DNA of 64,000 nucleotides from Dehalococcoidia bacterium (GTDB lineage: Bacteria; Chloroflexota; Dehalococcoidia; Lucifugimonadales; JADFKI01): assembly GCA_965204445.1 (NCBI GenBank), contig OZ241992.1:2369773-2433772 (forward strand). The letters are read 5' to 3'. Of this stretch, positions 9,782 to 17,582 are shown in pieces (the first letter of the stretch is position 1; every line of letters starts with the position of its first letter). The notes below the pieces were generated by a model. It searched no databases and was not told the DNA's origin. It saw nothing but the letters and a program-made list of their open reading frames with translations. A program made the translations under genes and the position numbers.

Positions 9782-10531
9782 ATGGCTTGGGAAATAGGCA
9801 GCCTGTTTCTGATAATAGCCGCCGTAGCGGCAATGATCTACGGCGGCATGACGCTGACGCTAAATCAGATGAACAAGCGCTTCGACGAACTGAAAAGCGA
9901 AAACGAAGCGTTGGAAACCCGTCTCAGATCTGAAATCCAGGCATCGGAAACCCGTCTCAGATCTGAAATCCAGGCATCGGAAACCCGTCTCAGAAATGAG
10001 ATGAAGGCATCGGAAACCCGTCTCAGAAATGAGATGAAGGCGCAAAAAACCGAACTCAAAGCCGACATCCAAGCCGTCGACGCCAAAGTCACGGAATTGC
10101 GAAGCGATGTTCAAGCGCTCAACGCCAAAATTGAATCGGTGCGAATCGAACTCAAGGGCGACATTGACGCTCTCGACGCCAAAATTGAATCGGTACGCGT
10201 TGAACTCAAAGGCGATATAGACACCCTAAACGCCAAAATTGAATCGGTGCGAATCGAACTCAAGGGCGACATTGACGCCGCTAACCTCAAAATCGAATCA
10301 GTGCGAATCGAACTCAGCGACGCCATAAAATCATCCGAAGTCCGCATCAGAGGCGAAATCAACGGAGTGCGAACTGAGATAAAGGGCGACATCAAGACCG
10401 TTGAAACCCAACTCAAAGACGTAAGCGAATACGTCCTAGACGTCCACCTCAAAGTGTCCTACCTAGAAGGCTTCGCGCAAGTCCCGCGCATTGAGCGCAT
10501 CAGAGAGCCTCGCCAAGATCAGCCCGAATAA
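9782..10531 (+). CDS. membrane-anchored coiled-coil repeat protein
   Basis: N-terminal TM segment 'WEIGSLFLIIAAVAAMIYGG' followed by heptad-like repeats ('ETRLRSEIQAS' x2, 'ETRLRNEMKAS/Q' x2, 'NAKIESVRIELKGDID' x4). The ORF track starts at TTG 9773. I prefer ATG 9782, with AAGGAG at 9764-9769. Confidence 0.75.
   Translation: MAWEIGSLFLIIAAVAAMIYGGMTLTLNQMNKRFDELKSENEALETRLRSEIQASETRLRSEIQASETRLRNEMKASETRLRNEMKAQKTELKADIQAVDAKVTELRSDVQALNAKIESVRIELKGDIDALDAKIESVRVELKGDIDTLNAKIESVRIELKGDIDAANLKIESVRIELSDAIKSSEVRIRGEINGVRTEIKGDIKTVETQLKDVSEYVLDVHLKVSYLEGFAQVPRIERIREPRQDQPE
9914..10045 (+). repeat. 4 x 33-bp in-frame tandem repeat
   Basis: Units 1 and 2 (9914-9946 and 9947-9979) are identical: GAAACCCGTCTCAGATCTGAAATCCAGGCATCG. 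Units 3 and 4 share the variant ...AGAAATGAGATGAAGGC.... Confidence 0.9.
10115..10330 (+). repeat. 4 x 54-bp in-frame tandem repeat
   Basis: Units 1 and 3 are near-identical (GC.CT.AACGCCAAAATTGAATCGGTGCGAATCGAACTCAAGGGCGACATTGAC). Units 2 and 4 have diverged. Confidence 0.9.
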
Positions 10532-10559
10532 CCCACACCCGCGCCGCTAACACAAAACA

Positions 10560-10598
10560 AGCCCTCCGCCGATGCCGTCAGCCGGAGGGCTTTCGCTT
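10560..10598. terminator. bidirectional intrinsic-terminator-like hairpin
   Basis: Perfect 9-bp stem AGCCCTCCG / CGGAGGGCT with a 14-nt loop. It is followed by TTTCGCTT on the plus strand and by TTGTTTTGTGTT on the minus strand. It lies between two convergent genes. Confidence 0.65.
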
Positions 10599-10640
10599 GC
10601 CGCTATGCAATATGACTGCGCGAGCTACGCCGCCCGTCGC

Positions 10641-10895
10641 CTACACCCGCTCCCCAACCCCGGCCGTCTCCCCCACCATGCTCCGCAGCATCATCTCCAT
10701 CGCCATCGTATGGCTGCATGTGCCATACTTCGCAAAGTAATGACAGTTGCAACTCCACTTGCCCCCCTCATAGGAAATCTCGTGATCGGAATTATCCCCC
10801 CGAAAAGTAGCCTGACACTGCATCAGGACAACCCGCCCCTCTTGCACCGAGTAGTCCTTCGCCTTCTCTATCTTCCTAAAGAAGCTTGAGTCCAT
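10641..10895 (-). CDS. stand-alone SWIM zinc-finger protein
   Basis: 84 aa with the CxCx(n)CxH signature 'WSCNCHYFAKYGTCSHTMA'. Confidence 0.7.
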   Translation of the reverse strand: MDSSFFRKIEKAKDYSVQEGRVVLMQCQATFRGDNSDHEISYEGGKWSCNCHYFAKYGTCSHTMAMEMMLRSMVGETAGVGERV

Positions 10896-11148
10896 TCACT
10901 CCCCTCCTTGAAACGGCGTCCGATTAGCGGATATTCAATGATATGTGGCAACGCTGCTTTCGGCGAACCGCCCCGTATGCCTAGCCCGCCGCAGCCTTCA
11001 TATGCGCCCCACAATTTTACCCTTATCGCCCTGCCAGGTCAATCAAAAGACGCGCTAATCATCCCCACCACGCAGCGCCCATCAATCCGAAACCATCACG
11101 AACCCCTTGCGCCGACGGTCACTTAACGGGTTGTGCGCCCAATACAAC

Positions 11149-11375
11149 TACTCAGCGTGTCATGCGCCCAATTTTGAGACCGCCCCACGCCGCGCATCCT
11201 AACCTTGCGCCCAACACGGATACTCAGCGGATTATGCGCCCAATTTTGAGAATGCGCCGTGTTGCTATCAGAATGCCCCGGAGAAAGCCCCGCGCTACTA
11301 TCAGAATGCCCCGCGCTGCGTCAAAAATACCGCGGAGAATACCCCAAGCTGCCATCAGGACACCCCGCGCCACCT
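11149..11375. repeat. degenerate repeat block overlapping the 3' end of the MFS gene
   Basis: A 32-bp repeat TACTCAGCG..ATGCGCCCAATTTTGAGA occurs at 11149-11180 and 11221-11252. CTATCAGAATGCCCCG occurs at 11265-11280 and 11298-11313. Further units at 33-bp phasing follow. Confidence 0.75.
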
Positions 11376-12654
11376 CGCGAATCCCCACGCCGTCCCTACC
11401 CTCCCCCGCCTGCGTCAGCGTCAGCGCAGCCGTGTAAAACAGCGCCGCCACCGCCACGAAAGCGATGCGGTAGCTCCCCGTCAAGTCAAACGACAACCCC
11501 GCCAGCAACGGCCCGCCAAAAAACGAAACCGCCGTCGCCATATTCACCACCCCCATTATGCTGCCGTACCGCCGTATCCCGAAAGCATCCTGCACCATCA
11601 GCGGAAACAGCGCCCCGAATGCCCCCAAAAAGAAGCCGAACAGCGGCACGAACAACCACAAAAAGAACGCCGACGACCCCGCGAAATGCGTCAGCAGCAA
11701 CAAAAACGTCGCCTGCCCCGCCAAGTCGATCATCAACGCATAACGCGCCGTTATCCGCTCCGCCAGCAGCCCCATCACGAACTTGCCGCTCATCCCGCAT
11801 ATCGCCACCGAACTCAGCGCATACCCCGCCGTGGCGACCGACACCCCCTCCGCGTCCAAATGGTTGAATATCTGCGGCAGCACCGCGCTGTATGTGAATG
11901 TCCCCATCACCACCGCCGCCGTAGTCGCGTAAAACGCCTTAGCCCGCAGCGCCTCCCCCAGCGACCACCCCGTCAGCGCCGGCCCCCGCGCGTCCGCCGA
12001 TCCGCCCCCGCCCTGAGCCGTCGGAAACTCGCGCACCACCGCCAGCGTGTACACCGTCAGCGCAAGCCCTATCGCCCCGAATATCAGATAGCCGCCCGCC
12101 CACGGCGCAAGACTAGCGCCGCCCCAATTCCATGCTGCCCCAAGCGCCGCCGTTGTCAGTATCGGAAAAGCGAACCCGCCGGCGTTGTTCCCCATCAGCG
12201 TTATCCCCATCACCCGCCCGCGCTTTTCCTGAAACCATATCCCCACCAGCCGACCCGCCGGCAATATCGACGCCCCCGCATAACCGGCATACTGAAGCAA
12301 ACTCAGCGCATACCAATGCCAAAGCTCGCTCATAAGCGGACGCAGCAGATAACTCACCGCAATCAGCAGCATCGACGCCGTCATTATCCCGCGCACGCCC
12401 CGCCTATCCATTATCCACCCAAGCAGCGGCGCGATCATGCTCCCCACCGCCGTGAACGACAGCGACAAATTTATCTGCGTCCTACTCCAACCGAATGAAT
12501 CCTCCAACGGCGCTACAAACTGCCCAAAAGCGTACTGCCCCGCCCCCACCGTCAGCATCGCCGCCAAAAACGGCGCAGAAATAACCCACCAGCCCGCATA
12601 TATGCGCGGACGCGGAAAACGGCGCGGTGGGCGTAAAGACTTGACCATCGCCAT
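11224..12654 (-). CDS. MFS transporter with a repeat-encoded C-terminal tail
   Basis: 476 aa with about 12 hydrophobic segments and MFS loop motif 'MDRRGVRG'. The last roughly 60 aa ('RGVLMAAWGILRGIFDAARGILIVARGFLRGILIATRRILKIGRIIR') are encoded by the repeat block. Confidence 0.8.
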   Translation of the reverse strand: MAMVKSLRPPRRFPRPRIYAGWWVISAPFLAAMLTVGAGQYAFGQFVAPLEDSFGWSRTQINLSLSFTAVGSMIAPLLGWIMDRRGVRGIMTASMLLIAVSYLLRPLMSELWHWYALSLLQYAGYAGASILPAGRLVGIWFQEKRGRVMGITLMGNNAGGFAFPILTTAALGAAWNWGGASLAPWAGGYLIFGAIGLALTVYTLAVVREFPTAQGGGGSADARGPALTGWSLGEALRAKAFYATTAAVVMGTFTYSAVLPQIFNHLDAEGVSVATAGYALSSVAICGMSGKFVMGLLAERITARYALMIDLAGQATFLLLLTHFAGSSAFFLWLFVPLFGFFLGAFGALFPLMVQDAFGIRRYGSIMGVVNMATAVSFFGGPLLAGLSFDLTGSYRIAFVAVAALFYTAALTLTQAGEGRDGVGIREVARGVLMAAWGILRGIFDAARGILIVARGFLRGILIATRRILKIGRIIR

Positions 12655-12670
12655 TGAGTATAACCCATTA

Positions 12671-12700
12671 TTCGCCCCCTCTGCGCCCCTGCGCCAAAAA
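12671..12700 (+). repeat. dispersed intergenic TTGCGCC-type repeat, copy c
   Basis: TTCGCCCCCTCTGCGCCCCTGCGCCAAAAA, preceded by TATAAC. Confidence 0.65.
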
Positions 12701-12727
12701 TTGCCCCCAAATTCCCCAATTCACCCC

Positions 12728-12755
12728 TTGATACATTCGTTCTATTTATTATAAT
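12728..12755 (+). promoter_or_regulatory. sigma-70-like promoter candidate
   Basis: TTGATA (12728-12733), a 16-nt spacer, then TATAAT (12750-12755). It lies about 80 nt upstream of the 12835 ORF. Confidence 0.55.
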
Positions 12756-12834
12756 AGACCGCATAATCACAACACACACAATCCCTTCCCACTCAGGAAA
12801 AGGCTAGGATACGGATAACCCCCGCGCAACCGCT

Positions 12835-13143
12835 ATGAGCATCGACGCCACCATACAACGACTCACCCTCGAAGATATAGCTGAACTCCAAGCCTACAAA
12901 GCCGAACTAGAATCCAGGCGCGTCGACGACATCGAACCCCCACGCCGCAAAGCCCAAAAGCGCAAAGCCGCTGCCAACGAAAAGAACGGAAAGGCGCAAG
13001 ACAACCACGCCAACGGCAAGCCGCCCGACGGCGCCGCCGCCATAATCCTCTATAACGAACCCCTATCCATCGAAGAGTGGAAGCGCTCGCGAAAAACCCT
13101 AGCCCACCCCGAAAACATCCCCGCAAACGCCCGCAGCCCCTAA
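12835..13143 (+). CDS. hypothetical lysine-rich small protein
   Basis: 102-aa ORF downstream of a near-consensus promoter. No clear RBS and no domain. Confidence 0.4.
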   Translation: MSIDATIQRLTLEDIAELQAYKAELESRRVDDIEPPRRKAQKRKAAANEKNGKAQDNHANGKPPDGAAAIILYNEPLSIEEWKRSRKTLAHPENIPANARSP

Positions 13144-13144
13144 C

Positions 13145-13257
13145 CCCCTCTGCGCCCTTACACCCTTGCGCCAAAAAATCCTACCCAACCCCTTTGCGCC
13201 CCTGCGCCTCTGCGTTAAAAACCTTAGGCCAGACCCTTTGCGCCCCCTGCGCTAAAA
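13145..13257 (+). repeat. three tandemly arranged copies (d1-d3) of the TTGCGCC-type repeat
   Basis: d1 (13145-13177) reads CCCTCTGCGCCCTTACACCCTTGCGCCAAAAAA. d2 (13189-13221) reads CCCCTTTGCGCCCCTGCGCCTCTGCGTTAAAAA. d3 (13233-13257) reads ACCCTTTGCGCCCCCTGCGCTAAAA. They lie between convergent genes. Confidence 0.8.
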
Positions 13258-13276
13258 CCCGCGCGTAGAATGCGCC

Positions 13277-14467
13277 TTAAGACGCCGCGTCCGGCAGCCA
13301 TCCCCACGGACGCGGCCCCCAATCCGGCGAGTACACTTCGCCGCCCTTGACCGTCGCAATCGGCACAAGCGCCTTGTCCCCCCGCAGCGTATCGCCCTCC
13401 GTGTCGCGGAACAGCCAATCGCCCGTCTCTTCTTTAAGCACGCTAATGTCCGCCGCTCTGCCCACCGCAAGCGAACCCAGCGCATCCCGCATCCCCAGCG
13501 CGCTTGCGGGGTTCGCCGTCGCCATCCGTATCACATCCTCCAGCGAAAACCCCAGCGCCATAAACCGCGCCAGCATCTCCGTCAAGCTATGCACCGTGTT
13601 CCGCCGCCCCGGCGGCGTCATATCCGTGCTTATGCTCAGCGGACGCACTCCCTGATCCAGCGCCTGCCTTGCCACGCGAAAGCTGAAGTTCTGCCTGCCG
13701 TGCGCCGTATCCAAGAACACGCCGCGCTCCTGCGCCTCCAAAACCTCAGGGATGACCCTGCCGCCGCCGTCAATAATGCGCCCCGGATTGCCGCTGAACA
13801 GATGCGTTACGATGTCCCCGCGCTCCAGCAGCGGCAGCAGTTGGCGCGTCAGCGTCGGCCCGTCTTCGTCCACCCCCGCGATGGATCGATCGCCGATATG
13901 AACCATCAGCCGCACGCCGCCCTCGACTGCGGCGCGCTTCGCCAGCTTCACCATCTCTATGCCCATTCGCCGTACGCCCGGCCCAACCGCCCGAATCTTG
14001 ACGCCCTGAATCAGCGGCTTGTTGGCGTTGATGACGCTGATAGTTTCGTCAAGGTCGATATCCTCGCGCCGCGCTGTATCCGGCTGGTAGCTCAGCCCAA
14101 CGCGCGATATGTGCAGCATGCAGAAGATACGCGTCGCCGCCTGCGGCACAACATAGCGCGGGAAGCCGCCGAATGTGTACGCCCCCGCGCTGCCGGCATC
14201 GACTAGCGTTGTTACGCCGGAGCGCACGCCCGCAATATCGGGGTTGATGCCGTTCTGATTCACCCCCTCATACACATGCGTATGCAGGTCAATCATGCCC
14301 GGCGCCACGATGCAGCCGCTAACATCGATAACCCGCCGCGCCGTATCCGCCCCGATGTTGGGCGCAACCGCCGATATGACGCCGCCCGTTGCCGCGACAT
14401 CCAGCTTCGCCCTGACATTCTGCGCCGGGTCTATAACCTCGCCGCCCTTGAGCAACAGATCCGCCAT
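13277..14467 (-). CDS. amidohydrolase-superfamily metallohydrolase (dihydroorotase/deacetylase-like)
   Basis: 396 aa. 'LLLKGGEVIDP' N-terminus and metal-binding motif 'APGMIDLHTHVYEG'. GGAGG lies upstream. Confidence 0.85.
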   Translation of the reverse strand: MADLLLKGGEVIDPAQNVRAKLDVAATGGVISAVAPNIGADTARRVIDVSGCIVAPGMIDLHTHVYEGVNQNGINPDIAGVRSGVTTLVDAGSAGAYTFGGFPRYVVPQAATRIFCMLHISRVGLSYQPDTARREDIDLDETISVINANKPLIQGVKIRAVGPGVRRMGIEMVKLAKRAAVEGGVRLMVHIGDRSIAGVDEDGPTLTRQLLPLLERGDIVTHLFSGNPGRIIDGGGRVIPEVLEAQERGVFLDTAHGRQNFSFRVARQALDQGVRPLSISTDMTPPGRRNTVHSLTEMLARFMALGFSLEDVIRMATANPASALGMRDALGSLAVGRAADISVLKEETGDWLFRDTEGDTLRGDKALVPIATVKGGEVYSPDWGPRPWGWLPDAAS

Positions 14468-14524
14468 AGCGAAACCTCCAAGTTGTGAATGCTGTGTATC
14501 GTATGGGAACGCCCGCCATTAGCG

Positions 14525-14977
14525 TTATCCCAGGATTTCGCTAACATCCAACGCCGCATCCGGCAGCAGCGCCGGCGCTATGCGATCGCCGCGCGCATAC
14601 CGCCGCACAGCGCCATAGCCCGCCCCGACGGGATCGGACAGCCCGTCTATGTAATCCTCATCCAAGTTCACCAACCATAGTTCGGGAATGCCCGCCTCGG
14701 CGTACATCGGAGTCTTCACATCCCTATCGTACTCGACCGTGCTGTGCGAAACCTCTACTATCAGCAGCGCAATATCCGGCTCCGGCTCGGAGCGCTCGCT
14801 CAGACGGACGGGGTTCTGTACTCGGACGATTACGCGCCGCCCAAGCGTCTCCCTGAACAGCCTGTTTAGGGTATTCACACAACCCGCATGGTAGCTTCCG
14901 ATAGGCGCCATCTGAACAATCTCCCCGTCTATGAGCTCCACGCGGTCACGCGGGCTCAGAATGCCCGCCTCCGCCAT
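14525..14977 (-). CDS. Uma2-family (DUF820) putative endonuclease
   Basis: 'ELIDGEIVQMAP', 'EPDIALL' and 'VEVSHSTVEYDRDVKTPMYAEAGIPELWLVNL' match the Uma2 pattern. It is somewhat short at the N-terminus. Confidence 0.75.
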   Translation of the reverse strand: MAEAGILSPRDRVELIDGEIVQMAPIGSYHAGCVNTLNRLFRETLGRRVIVRVQNPVRLSERSEPEPDIALLIVEVSHSTVEYDRDVKTPMYAEAGIPELWLVNLDEDYIDGLSDPVGAGYGAVRRYARGDRIAPALLPDAALDVSEILG

Positions 14978-15125
14978 AAGATATTATTCCTTGACGCTGA
15001 ACCGCCGCTTTGTGATTGCCGGCGCCGGCATCGTTGTCAGTGTTGCCATATCATCCCCCTTTTGTTCTTGTTCCAACCCTGCGTTGGCTATGTCTCGAAA
15101 CGGTTCTGTTACATTTGATGGGTAG

Positions 15126-16676
15126 TTAGACGCCCAATGCGAGTTCGGGCTGCGGCGGCGTTAGGGTGCGCTCGATCGCAACCTTTCGTTCCCTCTCTAT
15201 TGGCAACCCGCGAACTAGCCCAATCAGCGCTTCGCTTTCTTTCGCGCTGGCAGTCTCACCGACTAGCAGCGCTTGGGTGCGCGTGATACGCCGCCGCGGC
15301 TCATCATCGAGCCATCCGTCCCGCCGATTGGCGCACGAGTCCGCTGATGGTGAGCGTAGCGCCCTTAGCGCCGTTGCAAGGCGAGCAGAGTATAACGCGG
15401 TTATCAATCGTGTTGGCTCCGCCGTCAGCGCGCGGCTGCATATGGTCTAGTTGCATAAATCGGATGTGAAGCTCACGCCCGCATCCCGCGCATACGCCGC
15501 CCTGCGCGGCATAGAGTATATCGCGCATATCGGCGTGGGATAGGCGCATACAGGGTTCGGATTTGCGCTGCCGCCAGTTGATGCTCGGCAGGCTAGCGCC
15601 CACATCGGCTTCGTCGTCGGTTCGCTAGGGGGGTACGGCGTGCGTGTACTGGGAACCAGAGTCGCCGCTGCAGTGTGGTGGCAGCGCCTTCCCACAAGTC
15701 GATGCCTATCCATTGGCGTTTTAGCGCTTCGGCGGCAACCAGGGTCGTGGCGCAGCCGCAGAATGGGTCAAGCACAATATCGCCTTCGTTGCTGCTTGCC
15801 TTGATGATGCGCTTGTACAAGGCAATCGGCTTTTGGGTCGGATAGCCGACTTTCTCATTTTCATTTGTCAGCGCCGATATATCGCTGAAGACATTCGTCA
15901 GCGCCACGCCTTTCGCATCGGATAGGTAGTTCTTGCGGCGGGGGATGCCATTATCATTGAAGTCAAGTAGCCCTTCCCGCTCATACCGCTCCATCGTTTC
16001 GCGCAGGAAGCGCCATTGGCGCGTGATGCCGTGAAACTCATAGACCATATTCGGGCAGTCGGCGTTGTTTTGGCGCGATGTCAGCATATAGCGCCCGCGC
16101 TCGTCTTCGTGGCGATATTGCGCGAGTTGAGCGTCCGTGATGGGCGCGTGAAGCCGATTGAAAGTCCAGTCTTTGCCTTTGGAGTACTGCAGGATGTTTT
16201 CGTAAGCCCGCCGCCACTTTCGGCGGGACAGGTTCTCAGCGGCGCGATGCCAGATGATTTCATTCTGGAAATTCGCCGCCCCGAACACGCTATCAAGCAG
16301 CGCCTTGATGTAGTGGGATGCCGTAGGGTCGCAATGCAGATACAGCGAACCCGTCGGTTTCAAAACCCGCCGCATCTCTATCACCCGCACGCCCAACCAG
16401 CACAGAAAAGCCGCCAAGTCGTCGCGCTTCTGCGTCCGCACCAGGTCGATCAACTCATAGAGCGCGGGCTGGTCGTCCTTAATGCTGTCAACCCAATCGG
16501 GATGGACGTCCTTTTCCCAACTCCAGCGGCGCCCCTGCCGCAAGGTTATCGGGCGTGGCGTGAAAGTCCCGCCCCTTGTTGAACGGCGGGTCGGTGGCGA
16601 TGAGGTCAACGCTTTCGGAGTTCATCCCGCGCAGTACGTCTAGGTTATCGTGTATGTACAGGGTTCGGTTATCCAT
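15126..16676 (-). pseudogene. decayed DNA methyltransferase (N4/N6 beta-class)-HNH endonuclease fusion
   Basis: The gene is split over at least three frames. ORF 16488-16676 has 'DLIATDPPF'. ORF 15593-16609 has 'LKPTGSLYLHCD' and 'IVLDPFCGCATT'. ORF 15304-15603 has the HNH motif 'LDHMQPRADGG...ILCSPCNGAKG'. ORF 15126-15407 carries the tail. Single-nt frameshifts lie near 16525 and 15330. It is collinear with the intact paralogue at 21776-23590. Confidence 0.85.
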
Positions 16677-16701
16677 TATTGCGCCCTTCCCATTTGTCGG
16701 A

Positions 16702-17561
16702 TTACAGCGCTGCTACATCTTCCCAACTTGTGAATGGCCGCTCTACGCCCGCGGCTTCAGCCGGCCGCTTACCCTTCAGGCTTTCGTGGGGTCGGAAATA
16801 GTTGTAGTGCGTAACTAACCGGGCAACATAGGCTTGCCCGGTCTCCCGCGATTTTAAGCCTCTCAGCGTTTTATCCCTGTCCCGTATCGTTCCCTGAAGC
16901 CGCTCGCTCAGGTTGTTGTTGATTTCTGCCCGAATGCCTTTGCTGACGACGTGTTCAACCTTGTGAGTTGGAAACGCCTGCGGCATTGCGCGGCGGTAGG
17001 AAGGCAACCTGTCGGTTTTGATTTGTTCGGGCAGGCTTTGCGCCCGTTCACGCGCAAGCGCCAACGCCGTCGCCGCGGCGCGCGTTGTGCGCTCAGGGGA
17101 CAGGTATGCCGCCAGTAGGAAACGGCTATCGGAGTCCATCACATTGAAAAGCCAATAGTTCGTTCCTCCGACATTAACCACTACTTCATCGGCAACCCAA
17201 CGTCGCCTGTGGCAACCTTCATCGGCTTGAGCGCCGAGTCCGCCTTTGCGGTCAACTCGCGAACCCATTGGTAAATGCTGACTTGCGTAGTTTCCCGCCC
17301 AAAATACTGCTTCATATTTTGCGCCGCCTTGCGATAGGACACGCCGTCAAAGTACATATCCACCGCGGCGCCCTTTTCGTGGGGAGTGGCATGTCGGCGT
17401 TGTCCGTCCGTCGGCTTTATGGGCTTGCCGCGGTCGTCAAGTTGGACAAACCGAACCGTGCCAGATGAACGGCAGGTTTGGCAAGATTGCCCAGTTTTGC
17501 GCTTGCAGTTCGCCCCGCATAGATGCCCCATTGCGGTATTATATGCTAAACTACCCAGCAA
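16702..17561 (-). pseudogene. IS6-like DDE transposase interrupted by one frameshift
   Basis: The N-terminal zinc-finger/HTH part (ORF 17181-17561) ends '...KVATGD'. The DDE core (ORF 16702-17268) continues 'RWVADEVVVNVGG...KTDRLPSY...NNNLSERLQG' in the -1 frame. No slippery heptamer is present, so inactivation is more likely than recoding. Confidence 0.75.
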
Positions 17562-17582
17562 ATGTAACAGAGCCCTCGAAAC

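Larger units (their letters stand above)
15094..17582. mobile_element. IS6-family-like transposable unit with cargo, including its 8-bp target-site duplications
   Basis: IRL (15102-15125) reads GGTTCTGTTACATTTGATGGGTAG. IRR (17551-17574, reverse complement) reads GGCTCTGTTACATTTGCTGGGTAG, a 22/24 match. Direct repeat CTCGAAAC flanks the unit at 15094-15101 and 17575-17582. Confidence 0.85.

Noticed and set aside
9914-10330. Regularly spaced 33-bp and 54-bp repeats that could superficially resemble a CRISPR array
   Set aside because: The units are contiguous with no unique spacers. They are in frame inside a long ORF and encode a coiled-coil periodicity. No cas genes are nearby.
15593-15603. 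Reading the HNH ORF 15304-15603 as an independent intact gene with a GTG start overlapping the methylase ORF
   Set aside because: The intact paralogue is a single fusion. The HNH ORF itself is frame-broken near 15330, where 'TISGLVRQ' continues as 'NRRDGWLDDE' in another frame. The whole locus is therefore treated as one pseudogene.
17181-17268. Programmed -1 ribosomal frameshift in the IS6-like transposase
   Set aside because: The overlap contains no slippery heptamer, and IS6-family transposases are normally single ORFs. A one-base deletion near ...GGCGAC.GTTGGG... is the simpler explanation, although recoding cannot be fully excluded.
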